A stretch of DNA of 64,000 bases from positions 284,208,001 through 284,272,000 of the forward strand of contig OZ024740.1 of assembly GCA_964016885.1 (NCBI GenBank), in the 5' to 3' direction. The stretch is from Eledone cirrhosa. Taxonomy: Eukaryota. The notes beneath the pieces were generated by a model that did no database searches, had not been told where the DNA came from, and worked only from the letters and a program-made list of their open reading frames with translations. The position numbers and the translations under genes are program-made. The first letter of the stretch is position 1, and the number at the start of each line of letters is the position of its first letter. This document shows positions 43,789 to 59,444 of the stretch, piece after piece.

Positions 43789-44123
43789 ATCATCATCATC
43801 ATTTTACGTCCGCTTTTCCCTACTTGCAAGGGTGGGACGGGAACTGATTCTGGCTTGATTTCTACAGCTGGATGCCCTTCCTAACACCAACCCCATTTAC
43901 AGTTAGTGCTGGGTGCTTTTTTACCGTGGCACCTCCACGACCACTTTGCAGTGGAATGATATGAACCCCAGTCCTATCATCTCATTTCTACAGCTGAGTA
44001 AACTGGAGCAATGTGAAATAAAGTGTCTTGCTCAAGGAAACAACACATCACCCGGTCTGAGAATTGAACTCACAACCTTTTGATTGCAAAGCCAATGCCC
44101 TAACCACTAAGCTATGTGCTTCC
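43789..44123 (-). mobile_element. SINE family B
   Basis: Reverse complement of 36365-36706. Confidence 0.9.
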
Positions 44124-44189
44124 ATCTATATGTATATATATGTGTATATATATATATTGGACTCTACCATTAATTGGTGGATTTATCTG

Positions 44190-44228
<39 letters not shown>

Positions 44229-44474
44229 ATATATTCCTGTACATATATACATCTATATATATATATATATATATATAATTTCAAGATTGAAAAAACAAAC
44301 ACACCAATACAATTACACAAAATCTTGTTGGAAAAGGAAAATATGAATGTATCAGACATTAGACTTTTACCAGAAAAGAGTAAAATTAGGAGAAAGGGGA
44401 GGCTGGAAGGTTGAAATAAAAAAGAAAAAAAACAGACACACATGTACTCACACAAAGTGATAATACACCACTCC

Positions 44475-44522
<48 letters not shown>

Positions 44523-44844
44523 CCCTGCAAGCATGTTGGTATAACCATAAAATCAACAAACAGCAGATATTCCTTTTTTTTTCTTCTTTTATTTCAACTA
44601 TTTAGTGCGTCTACTGCCATTAAGTAATCTCAAATTTCGAAAATGAGATCTGAAAACCTTTCATTTTGAACCTAAAATAATATTCTTTTACAACTATTTG
44701 TGTTTACTATAGTGACATGACACCACTTTTATATTTACAATGAAGTAGTAGATGTGCACGATACATGCTTCTTTTTCCAAGACATTTCTTTCTTCTTATT
44801 GACATCATAAAATAGCTGTAGTCTTTTTTTTTATCCAAATAATT

Positions 44845-45310
44845 TCATCCATACATCATTCCATCCATCTATCCATCCTTCTATACATTTATACATCTAT
44901 CCATCCTTCCATCCATCCATCCAAACATCCTTCCATCCATCCATACATCATTCCATCCATACATACATCCATCCATCCATCCATCCATCCATCCATACAT
45001 CCTTCCATCCATCTATACATTCATCCATCCAAACATCCTTCCATCCATCCATACATACATCTATCCATACATCCTTCCATCCATCCTTCCATACATCCTT
45101 CCATCCATCCATCCATCCATACATACATCCATCCATCCATACATCCTTCCATCCATCCATCCATACATCCTTCCCTCCATCCTTGCATTCATCCATCTAT
45201 CCATCCTGTCATCCATACATAAAGAAAGAGAGAAAGAAAGAAAGGAAAAAAGAAAGAGAAAGAAAGAAAAGAAAAAAGAAAGAGAGAAAGAAAGAAAGGA
45301 AAAAAGAAAG

Positions 45311-45373
<63 letters not shown>

Positions 45374-45398
45374 AGTAAAAAGAAAAAAAGAAAGGAAG
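44845..45398. repeat. Compound (CCAT)n then (GAAA)n microsatellite
   Basis: Direct inspection; the switch is at about 45220. Confidence 0.95.
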
Positions 45399-45764
45399 AG
45401 TGTGTGTAAGATCTTTGAGTGTGTGAGTGTGTGTAAGATATTTGTGTCTTTTTTGGAGACCCATTAAATCCTGAATAGTCTGTTTCATTCCTGTGATTGG
45501 CCAATTCCTTTATTGCATATATTCCAGGAAGCATGCAAATATTTAACAAATAACTACTCACTTTTATAAATGAAAGTTCGATTTTATTTTCATCTCTTAT
45601 GCTTCCATTAATCAATGCTAGTAATAGATAGGTTAGTTATTGAAAATTTGAACATATGCATATTGCTGGAACAAACTGGAAGGAATATTTTTACAATTAT
45701 ATGTCCTCCTAGCTGCTCTGCTCTACTCAATTATGGGGTAGAATAAACACTTTTCAGTTAGATA

Positions 45765-45970
45765 GACCGAACGAAAAACTGAGTGCGTCGGACAACATGC
45801 TTTATGGCATAGAGTTACGCCCCTTTACAATCTGAGTTCGAATCCTGTCGAGGTTAACTTTGCTTTTCATCCTTACGAGGTCGATAATACTAGTAATGCA
45901 CTAGGGTCGATGTAATCGACTTTTCCCTCCCCACAAACTGTTGGCCTTGTGCCTAAATCAGAAACCAATA
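45765..45970 (+). mobile_element. Diverged SINE family A subfamily
   Basis: gagttcgaatcc...gcttttcatccttacgaggtcgataa...ggggtcgatgtaatcgac-like block...ggccttgtgcctaa. Confidence 0.75.
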
Positions 45971-46411
45971 TGTATTACTTATGGGTACAACACAGAAACG
46001 TTTGTGCGGTCACTTTAAAACACACCCTACTGTCTTTATCCAAAGACTCCTTTATTTATGATGCTAGGGTGTGATATTTATAATAGATCAAGTGATTATA
46101 CAGAAGGTCCTCATTGATTCATTTAAAAAAAAAGTAGTTATCTTTTTCTATATTTATAAAGTACACATGATGGCACACAGTAACCACTCCTTGGCTCAGT
46201 GAAGATGAAAAGCTTGTCTAACATAGACATGTGTCCCACCCCAACTCCTTGTTTCAAACCATTCTCCCAAGCACAGTGGAAGGAGAATGAAGAAAAAGCA
46301 AACTACAAAAATCCTGGTCTAACAACATGAAAGACTGGACAGATCTCAATACTGTCACAATTTTACATTTGATGGAGGACAGGGATCAATGGTGATTGCT
46401 AACTGCTTGAA

Positions 46412-46664
46412 CAGAATTTCTCAACCAGTGTTCCCTGGAACCCTAAGGTTCCTTAAGAAGCAGTGATAAATAAGCTTTTCTTCATAATTTTACTATACAT
46501 GTACGGCATATTTTTGGAAAATCCTTGGTTATTATAATAAAGGCTTCAACCTTTAAAAGAGATAGATATTAATAATGGTTTATAATAATTTTTATGCAGC
46601 AGTTTTCTAAGACATGAAAACTATTTCAAGGGTTCTACAAGGGTAAAAAAGTTGAGAAACGCTA
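46412..46664. mobile_element. hAT-like MITE
   Basis: TIRs cagaatttctcaac / gttgagaaacgcta. Confidence 0.55.
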
Positions 46665-47720
46665 GTCTAGAGTGACACCCCAACAACTGGCTGCATCAGT
46701 TAATGGAAGCTGATGATGATGATGATAATAGATATAAAACAAAGTTAAATAAGATTGTCTGACATCCATTTATCTCTCATAGATAAAAGTGAAATAAATT
46801 CATTTAGCCTGTTTGAAGAATTATTTTTGTTACATTATTAGTTGCTTTAGTACCAGATGTGTCTGAAAAGCCAGTGGTTAGTTCCAGTTTTGTGACAACA
46901 AACGGATAAGACACAGTGCCAGATGCTATTGCAGGTAATATTGATTTATAACATAGAAACAATCCTCATATTTAGAGGGCAGGTATAGTAATATATTAAG
47001 ATCGATTCTTCTTCTTGACAGATACTTACTGTATTTCATTGACCAATGAACAGTGTCGGATTTACCATTGTGCTTAGATGTGCTTAAGCACAGGGTCCCA
47101 TTGTTGGTGGTGGTGGGGCATCTTCCTACTAAAAAAATGTTTTACCTCCTTCAGGGCCTAAGTAAGGGGCCTCATAACTTAACTAGCACAGGGCCTCATT
47201 TGTTCTTAAGTAACTTCAGATGCCTAGAGTTGTTTCTTGCTCCCCGAAACTCAACAAAACACTTGCTATGAATTTGAACTTAAAATCTATGAGCTGGAAG
47301 TCAAGTATCTTATTCACTTTGCCATTTCATCTTTACTACCATATTCAGTTATCTAGAACTAACAATTTCACAACTGAAATTTCCAAGTTAGTTTGAGATT
47401 GCACCACCAACACTTAATACAATGAGATATTTGGTAATATTCTAATGCTTTTTCAACAATGCACTTCATATCAGCTTTAAATATCACACAAAACTACCTT
47501 TTGTTTTATTATGATACAAGCTTTTGCTAAATGTCTTCTATGTTGTTGACATGAGTAGTATAGATGGCTTGGGCTATTAACTTCATCTTTAATGCATGGT
47601 TTCTGAAGTGATAATATATTTTTTTACAAACTTATTGTTATCTCTGTCTGTCTCACTAATAATATTTATCACTCCCATCAAATTACATACATGCATACAT
47701 ACATACATACATACATACAT

Positions 47721-47762
<42 letters not shown>

Positions 47763-47940
47763 GATGGGTGAGAGTAAGGAGGGAAAATTATCATAACTAT
47801 TATACTAATGAATGTGATATTGATTATTTCTATTATTTTGGTCACTGTAGTATTAAGTATATTACAATATATGGAACCTTTCTGTGTTCTATGCCATGTA
47901 CAGAAAAAGGTCATACATTATGAATTGCGCAAAAAATTGT

Positions 47941-48922
<982 letters not shown>

Positions 48923-49565
48923 GAGTGTGTGTGTGTGTGAAAAGTAAATGGAAATACACAACAAACAACGAAGTTCAATGAAGATATATATGCTTAATAT
49001 AGTAGTAAAAGTCTTGGCGTTTCAGACACTAGTCTTTCACCAGGAAATAGAATGAAAAGTTAAAGAAGAAATAGAAAGATAGAGTAGATTGAGCAGGGAT
49101 AGACATGAACCAAATTTCTTTAAGAAAAAGCAGGTCCATTCATAGATAACATGGTCATTGAAAATAATCAATGTAAAAATAAACAAGCTAGCATATGAGT
49201 AAATTCCCCAGCTACATCTGTTTTTTTTTTAAATATGGAGTCTCTAATGACAGTATAAAATGGAAGATAATGCAAAAATACAGACCATACAGACATAGCT
49301 GCAAAATCTGTAATTTATACATTGCTGAGGAAAGGCAAATGTTGAAATAATTGAAGCAACCAGGTGTTAACTTTAATTCAAGAATGGAGATACTAGGATA
49401 AATGATACACAAACAAAAATGCATCCAAAGATCTTAGTTGGAACTGACCTGAAAGTACACCTTGGTACTTGAGCCTGTAGATATAAGAATGTCTATTTTG
49501 CACCTTAATATCTGACTTCAAAATCTAGCAATTGTTTTCCAAGTAATATTCTATCCATATCTTCT

Positions 49566-51147
49566 TATAATAATAATAATGAAATTATTGTGTAAAGTGC
49601 TCAGGTGCACTACAACTCGTCAAAGGTGTATGTATAGTACATAGAATAATATACAAATGTCAGGGAAGTGAATAGTGTATGAGTCATGATATACATGTGT
49701 GTATGTGTATCGAGGAGGAATATTAGGTGTAGTGTTGGCGAATCTCGGGAAGCATGGAGGTTTTAAAGAATGCAGTGTCTCGACAGCTAACAACTGATGC
49801 AGGTAGCTTGTTCCATGCTTCAGCAACTCTGAGCGTGAAAAAATGTTTCCGAAAGTCATGGGAACTGTGCTGTTTTCTGACTTTGTAGGCATGTCCACGT
49901 GTGTTAGATACATGGAAATCAAAAAGGTACTCAGGGTTGTTGTTGGCAAGATGGTTAACAATTTTGTGGGTGTTTACCAAGTCAGTTGCCAGGCGTCGGA
50001 GCTTCAATGTATCCATGCCCAGGGAAGCAAGGCGTTCAGGGTATGGTAGATGCCTGATGAAGGGTATTCACTTGGTTGCACGTCTCTGAACAGTTTCCAG
50101 GTGGTCAATGTTCTGAGCAAGATAGGGGTTCCAGACTGGTGATGCAAATTCTAAGTGTGGCCGCACCATAGCCATGTACAGCCTTAAATAGATAGCTGGA
50201 GAGCGGCTGACAAAGGTCTTGCTGAGTGATGCTAAGACACCCTCAGCCCTCTTGACAATTTTAGAGACGTGCTTCGTCCAACGCAAATCGCTGCTGACCG
50301 TAATGCCCAGATCACATTCACAAGAAGACTTCTTGATATTAGTGCTGTGGAGGGAGTATGTGGACGCTGGGTTTTTACTCCCAAAATGCATGGTCGTGCA
50401 CTTGTCCACAGCTAGCTTGAGTTGCCAGTCTGAGATCCATTGTTGCATTGTGTCCAGGTCAGACTGCAAGCAAGATCTATAGTGTTCAGGATCTGTCCTT
50501 TTTATCTCAAGGTACAGCTTGATGTCATCTGCGTACTTTAGTACTGTGGCATTCTTTAAGTTGGCATCTATGTCATTAATATATGCCACAAACAAAGGGG
50601 GGCCAAGAACAGATCCCTGTGACATCTCATATGGTGAGGAATGCTGTCCCAGAACCGTGACTACCTCTCTTTGACTGAGAATGAAGGACTTCAACCAGTT
50701 AAAAAGATCATCCTTCACACCCATTGCAGAGAGTTTTGCCATAAGCCTTTTGTGTGGCACAGAATTGAAAGCTTTAGCAAAGTCAAGGTAAACAATATCC
50801 ACCCATGAGCCGCCATCAGTGATCCGGGTGATGTCTTCAAGAAACTCGATAAGTTGATCACAGCAGCTGGAGTTGGGGATAAATCCAAATTGCGAGGGCC
50901 GGATAAGACTGTGAGAGCTCCAGAAGTTCCAAAGTGTTTCTCTGACACAGGATTCCATCAGTTTGGCAATGCAACTAGTAAGACTGACTGGATGATAGTT
51001 CACAGGTGATGTGCGGTCACCCTTTTTGAACAGAGGAATGACACTGGCAGTTTTCCACTGTTCTGGAGTAGCACCGTTGTTCAGACAGAATTGGAAGAAG
51101 CGTGATAGCTGGTGCAGAAGGAAGTACGTAACACCATCAAGACCAGG
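49566..51147 (-). mobile_element. 5'-truncated, frameshifted CR1-clade LINE (same family as 1588-2882)
   Basis: Motifs NYHPVSLTSC, QFGF, VYLDFAKAFNSVPH, QGSVLGP and YADD. The frame is disrupted near 50040-50070. It has a (TTA)n tail. Confidence 0.92.
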
Positions 51148-53258
51148 TTGTGTTTATTTATTATGCCCCCATCAAATAATGTTTTACCTTATTTCTAACT
51201 ATATATATCTATCTGTCTGTGTATCAGTCTGTCTGTCCATCCAACTATTAGTACTTTCATCTAAACTCTACATTTATTCATCTATCTTTTTGCCCATCCA
51301 TCTATCTATCTATCTTTTTTTCTATCCTTTTATCTACCTGTCAGTCTTTTGCTCCAACCTACTGATTTGTCTACCTTTCATCTCTCTCTCTCTCACACAC
51401 ACACACACACTTTCCAGCTTTCTAGTCCCAATTCACATGAAGAGAGACAAATGAATTATCTGCCCGTCTCCATTCCATTGATATGTATTATATTTCTTAA
51501 TAACTTCCAATATATTATTTGACAGTAGAATTATATTTCATGTGAACCCGGTACTTTGATGAGTGCATTAAGAATTATGTAAATATGGCCTAATTACATG
51601 AAACAATTTGTAGTGGATATAATTTTGTAATTTAGCATCAATAAGTCACATGGACATTACTTGAATTTCCTAGACATGCAAGCACATGTCTATTCTTCAG
51701 TTTTCTGTGTAGAAAATAGAGTATTAGTTACAACTGATTAGAAAGGAAGCTCTATCTATATTAGAGACTTGTAAGCTGGGCTCTCATTGAATATACTGGT
51801 TCACATAATAAAATTTGAAGTGGCTAGCTGTGATATGTTGGCATATTGAAAGATACAGGAGCAATAACTCTGCTGAAGTTGGATTCTGTGTTGCTTGAGT
51901 TGAATTGGAACAAAATAAATGTTCTTTGATGAAAACAGAAAGAAATCATTTTGGATTTCGTTTTGAATTAAACTGCTAACATCTAAAGGATGAGCAGATT
52001 CTCTGACAGGCAGAGTCAGCAATTATGCAATCCATTTGAGCTTGGCTCATCCCAGTCAACAATGCTCCATGCTATAGTAAGGCAACTATGTCTCTGGTCC
52101 TTGAGTGTCAATATGAAGTGAAACAGGAAAACTGAGTTCCCATTTCTCACAAACTAAAAGAATAAAGATGTTATCTATACTATGCTTTAAAATTGCTTGG
52201 GATACCATCTGGCACAGTGAACATAGCTGTTAATACCTCAGTTTTAGAAAGGCAGTGGACAAGAGGCTTGAATTTGATAATTACTGGTGGGTTGTTGGGG
52301 TGTAGGCAATAAGTTAGTGTGTTTTCAGTTGTGGTATACATAGTGGATGTGGTGTTAGCCAGACAGAAATAGCAATGTGTAGTTGGGAAGTGGCATCTAA
52401 TGAAAGATGAAAAATCTGTAGCAACATCGATAACTTTTAGGTTATGTGACTGACTAAATGATGTTATTTTCCACTTTCTGATTTTCCCCATAGCCAAGAT
52501 GAATAAAAAGTCTTCACACTGAAATACTTTGTTGTAAACAAATTTTGCTGATTTGCTGGTTGTATTTTACAATTTAAGAAAAAAAATATCACAATGTCTA
52601 CATTCATTTTATGAAGACATCTTTTCCAGTATTATGTAAAATGTTTATGAGAACATATTTTTTATTCCCAATTGGAAAAAAAATTCATAAAAAATGAGCA
52701 CTTAGAAAAATGGCTTTCAGATCTTTAAAACTGCATACCAAAACATATTAAGATACACTTTAACCAAGGTGTATTCTTTGAGTATGTCTGGTAAGTTATT
52801 TGGTATTTGCCAAAACAATTTAATTTTTTTTACAAATTGAAAAAAATAAATCCTTACACTTGACACATTTATTTTTCTTTTCATCTTTTCCCATCTTCTA
52901 CCACAAAAGATTAGTCTGGTTAGAGGAACCAGTCACTTGAATAAAACAATATGAATTTCTATAATAAATGTCTACAGGATCTGTATTGATAATTTCATTT
53001 TTATGAAATATTATGGATGCTATGAGAAGAAAATTGAAATCTATCAACTGACATGAAATAAGATAACTGTCATATATGATCCATACTAAAACTATCTGAA
53101 GAGTTATTTTTTCAAATCTATATTTAGCAAGCTGACATTAAACATGAGAATCTTTATTGATAGTTGTCAACAGGATGTTAGCATTGTATTATTTCAAGCA
53201 AAGGAACTAGGTTCAAACCCATAATGCTTCATAGTTAAAAAACAAAACAAACATAAAA

Positions 53259-53785
53259 TCTATCTAAACTATAATAAAGGAAGGTCTGCGGGACTGCGTA
53301 CGGTTTATTTTTTTTTTATACCCTTAGTAAAATAAGTTGGATTACTTTGAATAAATAATGAATGAATATTACATAATTTATCTACTAAATTTCGTAAACA
53401 AAAATAATTTCATAAAAATAAATAATTTAAAATTGACTTCTTTTCAAAGTTGCACTTCCGGTATATCGTTGCCACCACCACCACTTCAACTACCATATAT
53501 ATATAGAAAGAGAGAGTGTGTGATGTCAACACTTCCGGTGGCGATCACTTAAATAAACATACTAATTTTCTCCTAATGCAGTTTATATATAATATCATCT
53601 TTGTTTAATGTATCATGGATTACGTAAGACAGCGTAACGTAGTCTTCGTTCAATTTCTGTGTATATTGTCAATTACGATTTAATTTGATGTATCATATCT
53701 ACATGTATATATACTTGCGTATAATATCAATATACACACTACACATGCTAGCAGAAAACCACCCGAAGAGTGGTTTTTCTGCTAG
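53259..53785 (+). mobile_element. Non-autonomous Helitron-like element
   Basis: A|TCTATCTAAACTATAATAAAGG start. The 3' end is the hairpin gctagcagaaaacc...ggtttttctgCTAG|T. Confidence 0.7.
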
Positions 53786-53982
53786 TATGATATTTGTACT
53801 TGATATTTTGTCTGTTTGTCACTAACAAATGATAGAATCTGACAAAATCATTTTACAATTTTTATTTAGAACTCATGAAATACAATTAAAAATATGCTAG
53901 GAAGCAAATGTTCAAAATATATTCTAAAATGGTTTAATTTCATCTTGAACACATCATTCTCTGCCAACAATGTTATTCCCTT

Positions 53983-54025
<43 letters not shown>

Positions 54026-55163
54026 TACTACCTAGTATTTTGGACTTTGCCATGTAGATTTTCGGACTTTTGCATTCTAAAGTATTCTCACAGATTTGGA
54101 ACTTTTTCTGCAACTGCTCAACAAATGCAGTATGCAAAATTTAACCAGTCTTGAACCAGCCTCAATAACTATAACAAATAAGGCAGAGAACAGAACCCTG
54201 ATGAACACTTATCTGTACAATAACTTCACATCAAGCCCTAACATCTCTAACACCCTTATATATGATGTGCACACCTCTCAATATACACATTGTATATAGT
54301 TTTCAAGACCACAGAAAAGGGGACCCTATCAAATGCGTTATCCAGATCACTAAATCTAAAAATTAAATAAAAACTGGTAATTGAAGAGGCAAAAGTATAA
54401 ACTTAGTAATATAATATATTATGGGACAAGACATTGTCTGTATGTTCACCTACTCAAATCAATAACAAAACCTCATTAGGTAATCACTTGACATGCTCCC
54501 CTAGATCACACTACCTTAAAAAGAAATTAAGTACAAATTAGATAATGTAGTTTGAAACACACACACACAAAAGGGATGGAATGTTTAAGATTGAAACATC
54601 TTTGATAATAGGTCTGCTCAAACAGGGTTGGCCTGAAAGTAAACAATAACAATAGCAACCATTTGTTCAAAATTTCCATTTGAGAAAGCAGAGATCTACT
54701 TAGAACAGGTCTGGTAAGCTTTAAAAGCAATGAAGATCAAATTATATAAGGGGGAAATATCATGGTTAACAGTACATTTTCAAATACAGTACATGAATAA
54801 TTTAAATATTTCCTGTTTTTAATTATAAAATGATGAATAATAAAATTATAATTATAAAATGATGAACAGGTGTTGTTAGAGGAGATTTTTTTTATTAATT
54901 TTGAAATATGTATGCATATGTAGAAAATATCTTCTCCCTTTCCTCATTATCTTTGACAGGCTATCTATTAGTTTTCATGTAAATGAATATTGATTTCTTA
55001 TTAAGACAAATGACTATATTTATTGATTAATATAATGAGATTGTGGGACATTCATGATTTACTCAAGGGTATTAACAGTAAAGATAAAGTGAACTACATT
55101 CAGCAGGGAATTGAAACCAGTTTATAACCTCGTCCCATTGATATATTACCTCTTGCTCTACAG

Positions 55164-55510
55164 CAGAGGTTCTCAAACTTTTGGGGTTATATATAAAATG
55201 CATTATTTGATAGGTGGATTGGCAGTATCGGTAGAGGGTAGGACGCCATGCTTTCCAGCATAGTTACGTCCCTTTACGATCTGAGTTCAAATCCCGCCGA
55301 GGTTGACTTTGCCTTTCATCCTTACGGGGTCGATAAAATAAAGTACCAGTAATGCACTGGGTAATTTCTGGCCTTGTGCCTAAAGTAGAAACAATTATTT
55401 GATATTTAATATACTATTATATCATCCCTACTACCTCCTTAGACCTCAGAACCCCCTGGACCTTATCAACGCCCCCTGGGGAACAGTAGCAGCCACTTTG
55501 AGATCCTCTG
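55164..55510. mobile_element. hAT MITE with nested SINE A (55213-55398)
   Basis: TIRs cagaggttctcaaa / tttgagatcctctg with TSD ctctacag/ccctacag. The SINE is flanked by the direct repeat attatttgata. Confidence 0.78.
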
Positions 55511-57394
55511 CCCTACAGTGTTTTACTTATTATAGACAAATGTTATTTTAGAATTCAACTAAGGTTATACACGAAGCACTAATAATTCACATAGTCAGAG
55601 ATGAACCAATGAGGATGCATCTGAGTAATCCTTTGACCTGCAGGCAATAGCAGCCAATTATCTCCAAAATCACACACCTTTATCATAAAAGGTGAAGAAA
55701 ATATAATGTTGATAATGTAGTTCTAAATACACTGTTTGAGAAAATAAATATAAGATAATGACTTTGATAATAGTTCTGCTCAATTAGACCTGGTTTTAAA
55801 TAACAACAACATCGTTCATACAGCCTTTTGTTGATTTTTTATATTGAAAGAGAAAGCCTTTCTTACTAACAATGGCAACAGAACCAGGGAAGCTCTTCAT
55901 GGTCAAACTAATAAAGGAACTATTATGTCATTGAGTCTAAGGAACCTCTATATGGTTGCTCGATGAGCTAGAAATAGGAACTAACTCTCCTTTAAATCAC
56001 ATCCTGCTGTCTTATATAAAAACAGTAGACATTAAATAATGTAGTCTGTCACATACTTCTAAAAAGATGAGGTGGTCATGGCTGGAATGTCTGATCATTC
56101 ATATGTCTGTTCTATCAGTGTCAACCTTGTGTTAAAGAACTTCTGCCTCTTCTTACTCTAGCTACTATACTTTCATTATAGCTACATCCAGCATAAATTA
56201 GATCAGCAGATATAATTCAACATAATGACTTAGTATTGTATGACTATCAAGCTCCCTCAATACAAAAGGGAAAATATATAAATTGTAAATACATGGGAAC
56301 CTTGGATACACAGTGTTCTAGTGTTTGTTTGGCAAACAACTTGTATTTAAGTAAACTAACGTAATTCCGAAATACTACATGACAAGTCAAATTTACACTT
56401 TCTCTATATATATTTTCCCTTGACAATTTATAAGAAAGTTATATTAATTTGGCATGAAACTATGCAGATAAAGACAAGTGTGAATAACGGGGAATAAATT
56501 GCTACTTTTTTTGTAGTAAATGTAGATATATCATAAGGGAATTAAAATCAAGTTGCTACAGACTTGCTTTTACACTTCATACTACCACATTTCTACATTA
56601 AAATACTAACTAAAAAATATTCATTTGCTATTCATAAGCAACAAAGTGTGAAGTCACTACGTGCATGGAAGAGGTGGTGGTGGCAGAGTAAATGTTAGGA
56701 AACATTCAACACCAATGGTGCCACAGCCTCGGCACTGAGAGCCGTGCAAACACAAATATGCATGCAAAAGATACAAGGACTCATGTACCTTCAAGTCTGA
56801 GCCCTGGAATGTGTGAGTCAGTGGTGTGTGCAGACATGTGCACATACTCATGTATGCATCAGAAAGTGTATGATTTTGAGGGTTATGTGTGTGTACGGAG
56901 GTAAATGTGTGTTGAGTGGTATATATGGGTGTTGTAAAAGTGGGTGCTATTGTGTGGTGGCTGTAGATGTGTGTTTGCGTGTGAGAGCAAGGATAAAGGG
57001 AGGTGATAGGAACCGTGAGGGGGTGGAGAGGAATTGAGTCCATTTGGAAAAGTAGTTCCAAAGCAAAAAAATTAAGTTCTGCTCAGATCTGGTGTGAGTG
57101 GCTCTGGATCTGTGGTGTAAAATGAGGTCTGAGATAATGAGCTATTAAGTAGAGTGGTTAGGGGAATGAGCTATTAAGTAGAGTGATGAGTGTCAGATCT
57201 TGGTCCTATGTCATCACCTTTGAGAGGTGCAGTTGAGCAAGGTCAACTTTTATCACTTCATCGCAAGTCTTCCTGGGTCTTCCCACTCCATGGCTACCAT
57301 CAACTCTCAGAGCTCTGCACCTTTTTATACTGCTGCCATCCTTCATACACATCAGTTGTCAATACCAATGTAATCTCCTCTCCTGCACACTGCA

Positions 57395-57790
57395 TGTGAT
57401 TCCTCTTGTGCCTAGTTTCTCTCTCAGTTCGTTTATGCTTTGCCAATCATGTATATTACTGTTACACATCCATTGGAGCATGCAAGCGTCATTTGTTTCC
57501 AATCTTCACAAGGTCTCACTACCATGCAACATTGTTGTTTATATATATATATATATATATATGGATGGTTGTTTTGGTGCCACAATAAAATACACCTAGT
57601 TATGCTGTAACATGGTTAGCATTAAAAAGGACATCCAGTTATAGAAACCAACCCCAAAACAGATTTGTATGAGCTAAACATAGTCACCAGATCTGACTTG
57701 TCTCATAACTTTACAACTCATCTAACTCATGCAAGCATGGAAAATAGACATTAAATGATGCTGAAGCTGTTGATGATAATGATGATATAT
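57395..57790. mobile_element. Degraded RTE fragments (minus-strand RT piece 57395-57535; plus-strand tail 57605-57790)
   Basis: Reverse-complement similarity to 13440-13600. The tail reads catgcaagcatggaaaatagacattaaa(tga)n. Confidence 0.6.
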
Positions 57791-57816
57791 ATATATATAT
57801 ATGATGATATATATAT

Positions 57817-58885
57817 CCACTTATTACAATGAATTGCTTGCTCGGAGTGGATTTGTCGATAAGGTAGCATACACAGAGTACGAAAATAGACCTAGAAGAA
57901 ATAGATCCCGTCGCATTTGTTGGTATAACCCCCCCCCCCCCCCATATAATATGGAGGTGGCCACACCATTAGCTAAGATCTTTCTTTCCCTTATTACGAA
58001 GCATTTTCCCCCTACACATAAATATAGTAAAATTTTTAATAGAAATACTATTAAAATTTCTTACTCTACGACTCCTAACTTTGCACATAATATCACAGCT
58101 TCAAATTTAGCTAAACTACCTAGCCGTAGGAACACGTGCAACCCTGTAGTTAGTACTAACTGTAATTGTAGGAATCGGGTTGATTGCCCCCTATCCGGGA
58201 AATGCCTCTCTAGTAACATTGTCTACAAATGTAAGGTTGAAACACCCGCGTCCCGTAGGGCCTACATAGGGTTAACCGCCAATAGATTCAAGCAGCGTCT
58301 TTACATGCATACCCATTCTTTTCGTTACCCTCTAAGAAGGAATATGACGTCACTTTCAGCTTATATCTGGAGTCTAAAAGACAACCACACCCAATATAAG
58401 TTACACTGGGAGATCCTAGCTAGGGCTAGATCGTATAACGGAAATAAAAGACCATGTGACCTCTGCGCCGCTGAGGCCCTGGAAATACTCTACGCCACAG
58501 ACCACATCTTAAACAAAAAATCTGAGGCAATTTCGGCTTGTAAACATAAATTGCACAAAACTTTCCTGTATTACAGCCCCACATTATACCCTAACGGATA
58601 GTACGATCTATACGTGGATATTTTATGTCTTGATGTGGTAGCTAAGTATATGTTATGTTTATACCATTACTTATTTGCATAGGTAAGTATATATTACCTG
58701 TATGTTTTGTGAAGGGAACGTTTCCACGAACCAAAGTATCGTCTTCCTGTTTTCCTCCGGTGGCAACGTTTTTTGAAATATCTACTTCTGCGTTTACAGA
58801 TTGACTTTGTTAGTTTCAGAAGATCCCGTTAAGGGTGAAAGCAGCGATTCTTTGCTTAAACTTTAATCTGTTATTTTAATAAATA
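57817..58885 (+). mobile_element. 5'-truncated Penelope-like element (GIY-YIG ORF to 58601) with shortened 3' region and CAGAAGA hammerhead (58796-58871)
   Basis: Motifs RRICWYNPP, FNRNTIKISYS, NCNCR..CPLSGKC, IVYKC...YIGLT..FKQR. Near-identical to 34721-35114, then jumps to the terminal repeat. Confidence 0.9.
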
Positions 58886-58935
58886 TATATATATATATAT
58901 ATGTGTATACAGAAAGAAAGGAAAGAGAGAGATAC

Positions 58936-59135
58936 NNNNNNNNNNNNNNNNNNNNNNNNNNNNNNNNNNNNNNNNNNNNNNNNNNNNNNNNNNNNNNNNN
59001 NNNNNNNNNNNNNNNNNNNNNNNNNNNNNNNNNNNNNNNNNNNNNNNNNNNNNNNNNNNNNNNNNNNNNNNNNNNNNNNNNNNNNNNNNNNNNNNNNNNN
59101 NNNNNNNNNNNNNNNNNNNNNNNNNNNNNNNNNNN
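58936..59135. other. Assembly gap (200 N)
   Basis: Run of N. Confidence 1.
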
Positions 59136-59411
59136 GGTTAAGGGGTTTTCTAAACTCAATTAAAGGAACGCATTTGTCCTGTCTTAACCAACATACAGTT
59201 TGAGTTTCTGATGAAGTCAGTCAAGGATATACCCAGAATGGTTACAAACACTGGTGGAAAATGCTGGTACCTATGTAAAATTGTAACATTGTACTGTACT
59301 TCTATCATTATACTGTTCAAAATAAAACATATTTTATGAAAATCGACCAATAATTAATAAAGTTATAAACAATTTTAAATGGTAAAAATGGTAAGTTTGC
59401 TTCCAACCAGC

Positions 59412-59444
<33 letters not shown>

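Noticed and set aside
51780-52520. GC-richer stretch with short minus-strand ORFs
   Set aside because: Multiple stops and no identifiable domain; cannot be assigned.
58863-59203. ORFs containing poly-X
   Set aside because: Artefacts of the 200-N gap.
59200-59270. CTGATGA hammerhead candidate
   Set aside because: No properly spaced helix II/GAAA/NUH with a pairing helix I.
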